64,000 nucleotides of DNA, from NCBI GenBank assembly GCA_964535515.1, contig CAZHTA010000001.1, forward strand, positions 49,707 through 113,706. Direction: 5' to 3'. Position 1 is the stretch's first letter. Each line of letters begins with the position of its first letter. The position numbers and the translations under genes are program-made. This DNA comes from an uncultured Gammaproteobacteria bacterium. GTDB lineage: Bacteria; Patescibacteriota; Patescibacteriia; Magasanikbacterales; GWA2-37-8. Below the pieces are notes generated by a model. The model was not told the DNA's origin. It saw only the letters and a program-made list of their open reading frames with translations, and ran no database searches. Shown piece after piece: positions 38,311 through 48,241 of the stretch.

Positions 38311-38409
38311 AGTTAATATATACTATAGCAGGTAATATTTTACTGTCAAATAAAAATGTGGATAAAAAAATGCCCCGTTTTAATTCGGGACATTTTTCTT
38401 TTCTTGTTT

Positions 38410-40623
38410 TTAATTACGATGACCACCAAAACCTCCACGACCACCACCGCTTGGACGTCGATCATTGCTACGTTCTGGACGTGGCTGCTCAACGTATCCT
38501 TCTGGCTTAGGGGTAAGAAGTTTCATGCTCAAGTTTACCCGGCCTAAATTGTCAACTTCCTTAACTTGTACCTTTACCTTGTCACCCAACTTCATCACAT
38601 CACTTGGTTTGTTGGTTCGCCCCCAAGCAATATCACTGACATGTACCATACCATCTTTACCAGGTAAAATTTCTACAAAAGCACCAAAATCCTCTAAACG
38701 AGTAACCGTGCCTTCGAATACTTCACCTGCTAATGGCTCGCGAGTTAAATCATTAACCCACTTGATTGCCTTCTCCATTTGAGCGGCATCATTAGAGGTA
38801 ACAAATACTCGACCATCTTGTTCAATATCAATTGATACACCCGTCTCAGCAATGATCTTGTTAATCATCTTTCCACCTGGACCAATAACATCTCTAATCT
38901 TGTCTGGGTTGATATTGATAACAACAATACGTGGTGCATACTTTGATAATTCTGCTCGGTGAGTTGGCATGACTTTAGCCATTGCTTCCAAGATCTCTAA
39001 ACGAGCAGTGCGTGAGCGGCCAAAAGTGCTCTCCACGATTTCCCAAGACAAACCATCAGTCTTAGTGTCCATTTGGATTACGGTAATACCATCTTTGGTA
39101 CCAGTAATTTTAAAATCCATTCCACCAGGTCCGTCTTCTACATCTTGCAAGTCAGTTAAAATTTCATAACGACCATTTGGTTCACTTGCCAAACCCATCG
39201 CAATACCAGCGACTGCTTTCTTTAAAGGTACGCCGGCATCCATTAACGCTAACGAAGATCCACAAGTTGAAGCCATCGAACTAGAACCATTTGAACCAAG
39301 CACTTCTGATACTACACGGATAGTGTAAGGGAAATCAGTCTCAGTAGGTAAAACTGGCTCTAAGGCCTTCTCAGCAATTGCTCCATGACCGATTGCACGG
39401 TTCCCTGGACCACGTAATGGCCCAACCTCACCGTAAGTGGCGGGGGTGTCATTGTAGTGGTGCATATAGCGTTTTGTGCCTTCCTCTTCCATTGAATCTA
39501 GGGTCTGCACATCACCAGGAGCACCAAGGGTAACTATTGATAACACTTGAGTATCGCCACGCATAAACATACCAGAACCGTGCACGCGTGGTAAAAGGGC
39601 AGTTTCAACTTCCAAGTTACGCACTTCGTCTAAACGACGTCCATCTAGACGTTGCTTTTTATCTAAAATTCTTTTAGTGATAAATTTTTCCACATAAATT
39701 TTCATGCGGCTTAAAATTATCTTCTGTACTGCAGCGTCAGTTTCCTTGCTTACCATCATTTCTTTTACAGCATCAGTAAATCTATCAACCATTACTACAC
39801 GTTCAGCACGACTAACTTTTGGGGAATCAAACATCCAATCTTCTGCCTTGTCAGCGATAAAATTCTCAACATCTTTCTCCCATGAATTAATTGCTACTTC
39901 CAAATCACTTTTTAGTAATTCTTCCAAATCCATTTTTGTCTGACCAACCTCGCTTTGGATTTTAGTAATAAAATCCAAAACTGGTTGTAGGCTATCCGCA
40001 CCAAATTTCATGGCAGTGATAACATCAGCTTCAGAAATATCTTTACAAGCTGCTTCTACCATCACTACTTTTTGAGGACTACCTGCTACAACGATATCAA
40101 AATCACTCTGAGCACGTTCTAATAAACTTGGGTTTAAAATCAACTTACCGTCAATTCTACCAACACGAGCACCAACTAAATTTCCTTTCCAAGGAATAGA
40201 AGAAATTGTTAAAGACAATGCCGCTGCTACCAAAGCTGGTACCTGCGGATCGTTTTCCATATCATATGATAGTGCGGTTAAGATAACCTGCACATCATTG
40301 CGCATACGTTCGTCAAACAACGGACGAATTGAACGATCAACTAAACGACCGGACAAAACTGCGTCCTCGGTTGGACGGCCTTCACGTTTGATAAACCGAC
40401 TACCTTTGATCTTCCCAGCAGCGTATAACTTTTCTTCAAAGTTAACCATGAGTGGGAAGTAATCAATCCCATCACGAGTTTGGCGACTCATATTGGCAGT
40501 TGCCAAAATAACAGTATCACCATAGCGTACCACACAAGAAGAATTGGTCTGAAGGGCCAATTTTCCTATTTCCACAGACAAGGTTCTTCCACCCCATTCC
40601 ATGGACCAATTTTTGACATTCAT
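38410..40623 (-). CDS. pnp: Polyribonucleotide nucleotidyltransferase
   Basis: FIKREGRP, SNGSSSMAS, DFK..GT.DGIT, KH and S1 domains; start trimmed to MNVKNWS. Confidence 0.97.
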   Translation of the reverse strand: MNVKNWSMEWGGRTLSVEIGKLALQTNSSCVVRYGDTVILATANMSRQTRDGIDYFPLMVNFEEKLYAAGKIKGSRFIKREGRPTEDAVLSGRLVDRSIRPLFDERMRNDVQVILTALSYDMENDPQVPALVAAALSLTISSIPWKGNLVGARVGRIDGKLILNPSLLERAQSDFDIVVAGSPQKVVMVEAACKDISEADVITAMKFGADSLQPVLDFITKIQSEVGQTKMDLEELLKSDLEVAINSWEKDVENFIADKAEDWMFDSPKVSRAERVVMVDRFTDAVKEMMVSKETDAAVQKIILSRMKIYVEKFITKRILDKKQRLDGRRLDEVRNLEVETALLPRVHGSGMFMRGDTQVLSIVTLGAPGDVQTLDSMEEEGTKRYMHHYNDTPATYGEVGPLRGPGNRAIGHGAIAEKALEPVLPTETDFPYTIRVVSEVLGSNGSSSMASTCGSSLALMDAGVPLKKAVAGIAMGLASEPNGRYEILTDLQDVEDGPGGMDFKITGTKDGITVIQMDTKTDGLSWEIVESTFGRSRTARLEILEAMAKVMPTHRAELSKYAPRIVVININPDKIRDVIGPGGKMINKIIAETGVSIDIEQDGRVFVTSNDAAQMEKAIKWVNDLTREPLAGEVFEGTVTRLEDFGAFVEILPGKDGMVHVSDIAWGRTNKPSDVMKLGDKVKVQVKEVDNLGRVNLSMKLLTPKPEGYVEQPRPERSNDRRPSGGGRGGFGGHRN

Positions 40624-40635
40624 AAATGTCCTTTC

Positions 40636-40697
40636 CTGAAGATGATTCACGCGCACAAGACCAGATAAGTGGTCTCTTTGTCCGTAAACCATCTTCT
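40636..40697 (-). promoter_or_regulatory. Long hairpin in the pnp leader (putative RNase III site)
   Basis: AAGATGGTTTACG/CGTGAATCATCTT and AGACCA/TGGTCT stems. Confidence 0.55.
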
Positions 40698-40744
40698 TAA
40701 GAATAAAATGCTAAACTCTTTTAAAAAAGTTTAACGATCTAGTC

Positions 40745-41335
40745 TTAAAATTTCTTTACTCGTTGTACCGGTGGACGAACAGCAGGACGTGCTGTTGGTG
40801 GACGACGATCAGAAATCAAAAATTTGTTTTTCTCTTCAGCCAAATCAATAAAATCATCCACTGCTTCCTTTAGACGAGCCGAGGCAGTCCTACCAAAAGC
40901 TAAAACTTCTACTTGCTTACCTTGGTTAAACTTCAAATATTCTACCAATGGCAAATAATCGCCATCGCCAGTGACTAAAATGATTGCATCCAAACTAGCA
41001 GACAATCGAATAGCATCAACAGTTAAACCAACATCCCAATCCGCCTTTTTCTCACCACCGTAAAAGATTTGCAATGGTCGTTCTTTAGTTTCAATGCCTA
41101 GGTTATACAAAGCATCAAAAAATGGTTGTTCCTCTTTACCTTCGGTACGCACAACATAGGCAATAGCGCGAATAAGCTTGCGGCCAGCAATTGCTTCTTT
41201 AACAATGTTACCAAAATCAACTTTAGCACCATACAGATTTTTGGCGCTATAGTACATATTTTGTACATCAATAAACACCCCGACGCGTTGTTCAGGGTGT
41301 TTTAACGGATGATGTGTTTTATTCTTTAATTCCAT
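40745..41335 (-). CDS. NYN (LabA/DUF88) domain protein
   Basis: VFIDVQN, KKADWDV, GDGDYLPL. Confidence 0.9.
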   Translation of the reverse strand: MELKNKTHHPLKHPEQRVGVFIDVQNMYYSAKNLYGAKVDFGNIVKEAIAGRKLIRAIAYVVRTEGKEEQPFFDALYNLGIETKERPLQIFYGGEKKADWDVGLTVDAIRLSASLDAIILVTGDGDYLPLVEYLKFNQGKQVEVLAFGRTASARLKEAVDDFIDLAEEKNKFLISDRRPPTARPAVRPPVQRVKKF

Positions 41336-41687
41336 CTTTTTCCTCCACTATGTCAACCTCTTCTAAATCTTCAATTTCTGCTACTTCCTTACCAGAAGAA
41401 TCTAATTTGGTAATTGAACGAGGTTGTTTGATTTTTAATTTTTTGGCGATAATATCGTAGCTTTCTGGGTTATCTTTCTTTAAATAACGCATTAAACGAC
41501 GACGAGTACTAACCTTACGAAGTAAACCACGACGAGAAGAATGATCTTTGTGGTGGCCTTTCAAGTGTTCAATCAATTCCTCGATTTCAGCGGTCAAAAT
41601 AGCGATTTGGACCTCACTGGAACCAGTATCCCCAGTATGGGTCTGGAACTTCTTGATAACTTGCTGTTTCTTTTTTACGTCTAACAT
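41319..41687 (-). CDS. rpsO: 30S ribosomal protein S15 with acidic C-terminal extension
   Basis: DTGSSEVQIAILT, HKDHSSRRGLL; start trimmed to MLDVKKK. Confidence 0.95.
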   Translation of the reverse strand: MLDVKKKQQVIKKFQTHTGDTGSSEVQIAILTAEIEELIEHLKGHHKDHSSRRGLLRKVSTRRRLMRYLKKDNPESYDIIAKKLKIKQPRSITKLDSSGKEVAEIEDLEEVDIVEEKDGIKE

Positions 41688-41840
41688 ACATGCAATAACA
41701 TTAGCCGAGCGCATCCCGGGCATGTCCGGAAGGGTTCGACCCCGATCAAGTCGGGAATAATTATGGGTATAATATAGCGGAAAATGGGAAATGTGTCAAT
41801 GGGCCTATCCGTTATTAAACACACCTATTTTATTATTAAC

Positions 41841-42461
41841 TTAATTCCACATACACCACGGCAAAGCTATGCACGGACCTTCAGTCCCCATACTTGCACA
41901 CATACTAGAGAAATTCTCTAGCTGGCCAGTACACTTAAAGGCTGGGGCAACGGCCATCCCGTTCCATTCACATGCCGAACTCAAACATTCTGCCTGAAGC
42001 TTAGGGTTGCAAATAGTACTCACGCTAGTACCTGGTTTTATAGTACAAGTGTTAGCGGTTGGCACACCAGGATTAATACCCGAATTAACCTCTTCCGTCA
42101 CCTTCCCTGCCCCCACCTTCCCTAACACAAAATTCGTAATCGCATAAGCCATAGAAATGACTGCCAAACCGATAATTGCGGCTTCTAGTATGTTTTTGGC
42201 TTTGGTTACGTGTTCTTCATTGCCTTGGGCAGTCATCCAACGAATACCGGCGTATAGAACCAGAATAAAAAAGACAAAATAAACCAAATACAACGCCGTA
42301 TTGATAATTGTGGTTGTTACAGACTCTGGCGTATCATTTTTGCTATAGCTTGTCTTGCTAACAGTCTCATCTAATCCATACTGCGCCTTAACCGGTGTTA
42401 ATCCAAACAAAAAAACCGCTAACAAAAATACGGGCAAAAGTAATAAAAGATATTTATTCAT
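41841..42461 (-). CDS. TrbC/VirB2-like pilin with Cys-rich C-terminus
   Basis: Signal peptide; LYAGIRWMTAQGNEEHVTKAKNILEAAIIGL. Confidence 0.75.
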   Translation of the reverse strand: MNKYLLLLLPVFLLAVFLFGLTPVKAQYGLDETVSKTSYSKNDTPESVTTTIINTALYLVYFVFFILVLYAGIRWMTAQGNEEHVTKAKNILEAAIIGLAVISMAYAITNFVLGKVGAGKVTEEVNSGINPGVPTANTCTIKPGTSVSTICNPKLQAECLSSACEWNGMAVAPAFKCTGQLENFSSMCASMGTEGPCIALPWCMWN

Positions 42462-42557
42462 AATTAAATATTTACCCTTAAATAATACCATAACTTGATT
42501 TTTTTTACAAAACATACTATTATATTGACACTTACCCCAAATGGATATTGAATATTT

Positions 42558-42629
42558 GCCCTCATAGTTTAATGGATAAAACACGACCCTTCTAAGGTTG
42601 AGTTGTATGTTCGATTCCTGCTGGGGGCA
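42558..42629 (+). tRNA. tRNA-Arg (TCT)
   Basis: GCCCTCA/TGGGGGC acceptor, CGACC-CTTCTAA-GGTTG; one T-stem mismatch. Confidence 0.85.
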
Positions 42630-42691
42630 CGGGTAGTTGAAAAATTATATATATTAAGATATAATCTCAACTAAGATAAAGTCCTGGTAGG

Positions 42692-42764
42692 GGTGTCCTT
42701 GGTATAACGGTTATTACGTCGGTTTGTGGAACCGACAACACGGGTTCGACTCCCGTAGGACACC
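42692..42764 (+). tRNA. tRNA-His (GTG)
   Basis: G-1:C73, GTGTCCT/AGGACAC acceptor, anticodon GTG, ACGGG-TTCGACT-CCCGT. Confidence 0.92.
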
Positions 42765-42794
42765 CCCACCCGGATTTTTTAAAAGACCTCGATT

Positions 42795-43931
42795 TTATTC
42801 GAGGTCTTTTGTTTTTAATATTTTCTGTAATATTTCTTCCACACCATTTCCAAATGATAATAGCTTTATTCTTTCTAATATTTTTATATACCCCTCTTCA
42901 TCAGAAAAAAAACTACTTACTGTTTGTGATAACCGCCAAATCCTTGGTTCATACTTGCCATACTTGTTGTCCACCACAAAATCACGATTGCCTTTCTCCT
43001 GTCCCCAGATATAGCTAGTTAAAATTATTGGACGACCAATAATTAAAGATTCAAAAACTACTGCCGGTCCCGCTTTGCCTACCACCAAATCTGCTGCCTC
43101 CATTAATTCTTCCACGTTCTCTGCAAAACCAACAACTGATAATATTTTACTTGGGTAACTGCTTCGTAAACGACTCGCTTGTTCAAAAAATTTCTGCTCT
43201 CGCCCACAAACGACAATTAAACAAAAGTCGTCAGACAAATCTACTAGTGAACGAACAACCTCTCCTCCTTTATACATTCCATCACCACCACCAGCCACTA
43301 AGACTATCTTTTTATCAAGCGGCAAACCTAACTTTCTCCGCATCTCCATCTTGTCCGATACACGCGTCTGCAAAAACTTTTTGTTTATCAACGGTGCTGT
43401 CACGAAAACATTCTTTTCTCCAACACCCTGCTCGAGGGCTATCTTTTTTGCTAATTCGGAAAAAACAAAATATTTAATCTCTTTTTCAAAAAACCAAACT
43501 CGTGGTACAGAAAAAGGATCAGTTACAACCGACCACACTTCTGTCTGTGGACTTACCTTTCTAACAGCCGTTAAAAGTGGCGGGGTAATAAAAAAATACA
43601 ACGAAATTACAATGTCAAATTTGCCCTCTTTTACTAGGCTATCCATGTGCTTTTGATTGCGAAACATGTTCACAAACAAATACATTGCCCAAGAATATTG
43701 CGAGATCCAATAAAACATCCACCACAGTAATATGAAATGATTGCTGTTAATCCACAACGCATACCCCTTGTGTAACAACCATTTAGACAACCTATTACTC
43801 TCAGCTCCAGCATCAACTAAAACAGACTGAGCTAACCCAGAATATTTTTCTTCTATCTCTTTGGCTAACGCTTTAGCAGCACCACTGTGCCCACCACCAG
43901 CATTAACGTAAAATATACCTATCTTTTTCAT
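42795..43931 (-). CDS. MGDG-synthase/UgtP-like glycosyltransferase (GT28)
   Basis: GGGHSGAA, VVTD, GGGDG, KAGP, GQEKGN. Confidence 0.88.
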   Translation of the reverse strand: MKKIGIFYVNAGGGHSGAAKALAKEIEEKYSGLAQSVLVDAGAESNRLSKWLLHKGYALWINSNHFILLWWMFYWISQYSWAMYLFVNMFRNQKHMDSLVKEGKFDIVISLYFFITPPLLTAVRKVSPQTEVWSVVTDPFSVPRVWFFEKEIKYFVFSELAKKIALEQGVGEKNVFVTAPLINKKFLQTRVSDKMEMRRKLGLPLDKKIVLVAGGGDGMYKGGEVVRSLVDLSDDFCLIVVCGREQKFFEQASRLRSSYPSKILSVVGFAENVEELMEAADLVVGKAGPAVVFESLIIGRPIILTSYIWGQEKGNRDFVVDNKYGKYEPRIWRLSQTVSSFFSDEEGYIKILERIKLLSFGNGVEEILQKILKTKDLE

Positions 43932-44035
43932 AATCGAAACAAACGAAAGAAATGAAAAAAATGATTATTCATTCCCAAACAAGTAAAAACTATATATTTC
44001 AAAACTCTCCTTTTCTAAGGAGAGTCTAACGATGA

Positions 44036-44500
44036 TTAAGGACAAGATAAACCATGACATTCAATCGTGCCACGTTGTTCTATATACTGAATATTTTCAT
44101 AATCAGTCCACCGGCCAAATACGATCTTTGCTACCATTAAAGTAATAGAATAAGCAGAAACAATAATTGCCAGACCAATAGTTGCTTGAAATAACAAAGT
44201 TTTTGATTTAGTTACCTTTTCTTCATTACCACCAGCCGTCATCCACAAAAATCCAGCATACAATGTTAAGACAATAAATATTATACCAATAAACTCTAAC
44301 GCTGTCCGAATAATATTAACAACAGTTACACGTGGATCTTGAGCTTCACCAAACCCTGCCCCTTTTTCTCCAGCAGCTGCCTGCAGCTGCTCAGCAATCT
44401 GAGCTTGAGTACTGCTTGCCGCAGCATTTACCAAAGAAAACGACAAAGCACTTCCCAAAAAGACCAAAGATATAAACAAAAAAACAAAAACCTTTTTCAT
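44036..44500 (-). CDS. TrbC/VirB2-like pilin
   Basis: YAGFLWMTAGGNEEKVTKSK; start trimmed to MKKVFVF. Confidence 0.75.
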   Translation of the reverse strand: MKKVFVFLFISLVFLGSALSFSLVNAAASSTQAQIAEQLQAAAGEKGAGFGEAQDPRVTVVNIIRTALEFIGIIFIVLTLYAGFLWMTAGGNEEKVTKSKTLLFQATIGLAIIVSAYSITLMVAKIVFGRWTDYENIQYIEQRGTIECHGLSCP

Positions 44501-44507
44501 AAAACAA

Positions 44508-45008
44508 TTACTTAAAACCATTTTTAAACTCCTGCCAGCCACTACTCCAACCCCGACCAAAACCATCCCAAAAGCCTGTATCACTAGAAGGTGTAGCAGC
44601 ACCAACTGCTGAGCCGCTACCCTGAGCTCCACCAACCGTATACACCACCACAAAAGCCGTAATACCATAAGCTGCTACGACTATTATCAAACCGATAACT
44701 GCCATCTTTAAAATATTTGTTGCCTTAGTAACTTGTTCTTCGTTACCACTAGCAGTCATCCACAAAAACCCAGCATAAACTGTTAGAGCTAAAAAAAGTG
44801 TACCAACCAGCGTCATCGCTATCTTGATAATTCCGCCAACTTTTTCTGACAAAGCAGTCCCGCTCTCGTCGCTCTTATCATACCCAGCCTGTGCCGCAAC
44901 CTTGCCGGTCAACTCATTAATATTTGGTGCTGCTAAAACTGGTACAGCTATCAAAAAAACAAAAAGCGAGAGAAGGGCAGAGGTGATAATTTTACTTTTT
45001 AATTTCAT
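44508..45008 (-). CDS. TrbC/VirB2-like pilin
   Basis: YAGFLWMTASGNEEQVTKA; start trimmed to MKLKSK. Confidence 0.75.
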   Translation of the reverse strand: MKLKSKIITSALLSLFVFLIAVPVLAAPNINELTGKVAAQAGYDKSDESGTALSEKVGGIIKIAMTLVGTLFLALTVYAGFLWMTASGNEEQVTKATNILKMAVIGLIIVVAAYGITAFVVVYTVGGAQGSGSAVGAATPSSDTGFWDGFGRGWSSGWQEFKNGFK

Positions 45009-45024
45009 AAATTTATTTACTAAC

Positions 45025-45459
45025 CTACAAACACTGCTTAATTGTTGTACTACAAGTTTGACCACCCGAACAATCTGATGTGGTCGCACATGTTGTTGGT
45101 CCTGTCCCACCACCTGCCAACCTACCTGTAACAAAACTAGTGATTGCATAAGCGGCCATGGTAATAACCAAACCAATAATTGCAGCAATAATAATATTCT
45201 TTGATTTGGTAACTTTTTCTTCATTGCCCTGAGCAGTCATCCAAAGAATACCAGCGTAGACAGTTAAAATTAAAAATATTGTACCAACTAAAGCCAATGC
45301 ACCAGAAATAATAGTACCAACCGAAGTCTCTAAACTAGCTTCTAAGCCGGTTTGTTTGCCAACTTCCCCTAATTTTGTTGCCGCACTGTTCCATTGTGCT
45401 GAAGCAGAAAAAGGTAATAGCAACAGACAAACCGAAAGGAGTAAAAATATTTTTTTCAT
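45025..45459 (-). CDS. TrbC/VirB2-like pilin with small Cys-rich tail
   Basis: YAGILWMTAQGNEEKVTKSK. Confidence 0.75.
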   Translation of the reverse strand: MKKIFLLLSVCLLLLPFSASAQWNSAATKLGEVGKQTGLEASLETSVGTIISGALALVGTIFLILTVYAGILWMTAQGNEEKVTKSKNIIIAAIIGLVITMAAYAITSFVTGRLAGGGTGPTTCATTSDCSGGQTCSTTIKQCL

Positions 45460-45472
45460 AATTTATAAAATG

Positions 45473-46060
45473 TTATTTACAACAAACATTTAAATCACCG
45501 CCTGTACAAAGACTTAAAGCACATTTATCTGAATTATTAGAGCATGCAGTACGTTTAGTTGATGTCGTGGCATCAGCAGCAAATGGCGGCAAACCACAAC
45601 TACCAATATCTTTACAAGTAAAACCAGGTTTTGTTTTCGCACATGTCTCTGCCGTCACCTCTCCAGCCGGTGTACTGCTAGTTTTCGTTCCCAAACTAGT
45701 GAAAACAAAATTCGCAATCGCGTAAGCACCGCCCACCAAAACTAGACCAATAATTGCTCCTTCAATAATATTTTTTGCTTTAGTGACTTGTTCGGTATTG
45801 CCCATTGCTGTCATCCAAGTAAAACCAGCATATAAGATTAAAACAAAAAAGATAATACCGATAAAAGACAAGGCAATATTAATCACTACACCAATAACAG
45901 CCGCCGGTGTTCCCATTTTAGCAATTTTTGTATCTTTTAATCCCGCCTTATCCGCTGCTACTCCAGCACCATAAGTAGGATCTGCTGCTGCCAAAACAAA
46001 AATTGGAGACAACAAAATTAAGGCGAGAACAAACGCAATCAATATTTTTTTAATATACAT
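45473..46060 (-). CDS. TrbC/VirB2-like pilin with Cys-rich tail
   Basis: YAGFTWMTAMGNTEQVTKAK; start trimmed to MYIKK. Confidence 0.75.
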   Translation of the reverse strand: MYIKKILIAFVLALILLSPIFVLAAADPTYGAGVAADKAGLKDTKIAKMGTPAAVIGVVINIALSFIGIIFFVLILYAGFTWMTAMGNTEQVTKAKNIIEGAIIGLVLVGGAYAIANFVFTSLGTKTSSTPAGEVTAETCAKTKPGFTCKDIGSCGLPPFAADATTSTKRTACSNNSDKCALSLCTGGDLNVCCK

Positions 46061-46171
46061 ATTTATCTTATATATTGGACACTGGAAAAAATACCTTCTT
46101 TCCACTAGCCAATAAAACTTCTTCCAACAGGGGGTTGCGCGCGCGAACCCCCTGTAGAAAGATAAAAACTA

Positions 46172-46645
46172 TTATGGGTTAAGGGTAGCTGTAACCAACT
46201 GGGTAATAACAAAGCTAGCTAAAGCGTAAGCGGACAAGATAATAGCTAAACCGATAATACCAGAAAAAATCCATTTCTTTGCCTCTCCTACTTTTTCTTC
46301 GTTACCACCAGCGGTCATCCAAGTGAAACCACCAATCAAGATGATAACAACTGCTACGATACCAAGTAAGCTCATGGCTGTACGAATAATACTAGCGATA
46401 GTAGTACGCACATCCTTAGAACCTAAACCGGTGTCAGCACCATAGTAAAGACCTAAAGAAGTAGCACTAATATCATTATTAGTACTAGCGGCAGCGGTAC
46501 ATGCTACTGGAGGTGTGCCTTGCATTGTCCCAACGGCTGCACCGCCAGTACAAACCGCAGCGCTCACCATTGATGGACTCATAACAATACCTAAACCTGC
46601 CACCAACATTACACTCAAAACGATAGTCGATAAAATTTTCTGCAT
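46172..46645 (-). CDS. TrbC/VirB2-like pilin (possible major subunit)
   Basis: GGFTWMTAGGNEEKVGEAK; RBS AAGGGGGTGA and its own GC hairpin (46127-46156). Confidence 0.75.
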   Translation of the reverse strand: MQKILSTIVLSVMLVAGLGIVMSPSMVSAAVCTGGAAVGTMQGTPPVACTAAASTNNDISATSLGLYYGADTGLGSKDVRTTIASIIRTAMSLLGIVAVVIILIGGFTWMTAGGNEEKVGEAKKWIFSGIIGLAIILSAYALASFVITQLVTATLNP

Positions 46646-46706
46646 ATATTCACCCCCTTTCTTTGTATCAAAATTTATACAATAATTATAACACACCGAT
46701 TATTTT

Positions 46707-47261
46707 TTATCCAGACAATCCTTTCAACACTGCTGTCAAAAGCAGATAACTAGACAACACCACTACTGCACCTAAAATTGCCCAAATAATCATGTTTGAA
46801 CCAGACTTAATTTTTTCCGGACTACCAGCAGCTGTCAACCAAGTAATTCCACCATAAACAATCATCAAAAGAACAAGAGCACCCATTATACCAGTGGCAG
46901 TTTTAATAGCATTGCCAATAATAGCATTCACATCTGTTACATTTCCCTCCAAAGGATTACTTAATTTTACTACATTGCCAGAATCAGTTGGGGCGCTGAC
47001 AGTAGAACTAGGAGCGACTCCTGGCACCTCTTCATTGCACGACTCCGGCAAAGCTTCCACTGGCCCACCACTAGTACAACCTTCTGGACAAACCGCTTCC
47101 ACTTCTGCTGCCGCACCAAAAGAAGCACATTTTTGACCATTAACTCGTTCAACTTCAGACAAAGAACTACCAGAACAATCACAAAAATAAATTGCAGCAA
47201 AAGTAGTCGCCGGAAAAAATACACACCCAACAATTAATAAATATAAAAATAATTTTTTCAT
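46707..47261 (-). CDS. TrbC/VirB2-like pilin with Cys-rich N-terminal domain
   Basis: LSNPL, YGGITWLTAAGSPEKIKSG. Confidence 0.75.
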   Translation of the reverse strand: MKKLFLYLLIVGCVFFPATTFAAIYFCDCSGSSLSEVERVNGQKCASFGAAAEVEAVCPEGCTSGGPVEALPESCNEEVPGVAPSSTVSAPTDSGNVVKLSNPLEGNVTDVNAIIGNAIKTATGIMGALVLLMIVYGGITWLTAAGSPEKIKSGSNMIIWAILGAVVVLSSYLLLTAVLKGLSG

Positions 47262-47264
47262 ATA

Positions 47265-48236
47265 TTACCCAGCAAATTTAAAAAGAATAGTAACGATCGC
47301 ATAACTTGCCAAAACCACTATCACCCCAAGCGTGCTCCAGATAGCAATTTGCTTTGCCTTACCAACTCTTTCACTACTACCCGCCGAAGTCATCCAAAGC
47401 ACGCCGGCATAGACATAGAAAAGCAACAACAAAGACCCCATGGTAAACGTCATAGCGGCAATCATTCTGCCAATAAAATCGTTAACTCCCGCTGCGCCTG
47501 TTTTAAATTTCATTGGATTAAGTGTGCTAGCAGCTTCGGCCTTAAGTATTTTAGCAGTGTCAATAACTGGAGCGGTAGGTTTTTCTATTATCGACTCAGC
47601 ACTACTACAAGGCTTTATCCCGTTAGAAAAAAGATCAGCACAATTCCCAGCAAACTCTTTCCAACCACCCCACGAAGCGCTGACTGTTGAATTTGGATCG
47701 TCGCAAGTTAAAAAATCACCAAGATTGCTCCCGGCAGGAATTATCCCTGACTCAATCTGACCGAGAACTTCTGGACGAATAAAAGGAACATGTGGCGGGG
47801 CATCCTTACATGAGGCATCTGAGTTGTAACAACACGCATTTTTTTGCACAGCTTCTATTTGTTTTTTAACACCATTCGCACTCGCCTTACTAAGTTTAAC
47901 CAAAAAACCAGTACTATTATTTAATTGGTCTGCTTTAGCACAGTTTTCATCGTCGTTACCAACTGCCGCAGCATAAAATCCAGGTACATCAATACATTCT
48001 CCAGATTCTGAAGAATAGCCTCCTTTTAAATTATCCGAATAGATACCTGACTCTAAAGAACAATCCGCCGGTTGATTAGTTGTAATATTTAGACAGATTT
48101 CGCTTGGCTCATCACCTTCATAGTAAACACAACAAGCGCCAGCGGCGGCGGCATAATCATAATGAGAAACAAACAAATACCCAGATAAAAAAATTACAAA
48201 GAAAGACAAAAACTTAAAAGAAAAAAACTCACGCAT
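47265..48236 (-). CDS. TrbC/VirB2-like pilin with large Cys-rich N-terminal domain
   Basis: YAGVLWMTSAGSSERVGKAK. Confidence 0.72.
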   Translation of the reverse strand: MREFFSFKFLSFFVIFLSGYLFVSHYDYAAAAGACCVYYEGDEPSEICLNITTNQPADCSLESGIYSDNLKGGYSSESGECIDVPGFYAAAVGNDDENCAKADQLNNSTGFLVKLSKASANGVKKQIEAVQKNACCYNSDASCKDAPPHVPFIRPEVLGQIESGIIPAGSNLGDFLTCDDPNSTVSASWGGWKEFAGNCADLFSNGIKPCSSAESIIEKPTAPVIDTAKILKAEAASTLNPMKFKTGAAGVNDFIGRMIAAMTFTMGSLLLLFYVYAGVLWMTSAGSSERVGKAKQIAIWSTLGVIVVLASYAIVTILFKFAG

Positions 48237-48241
48237 ATATT

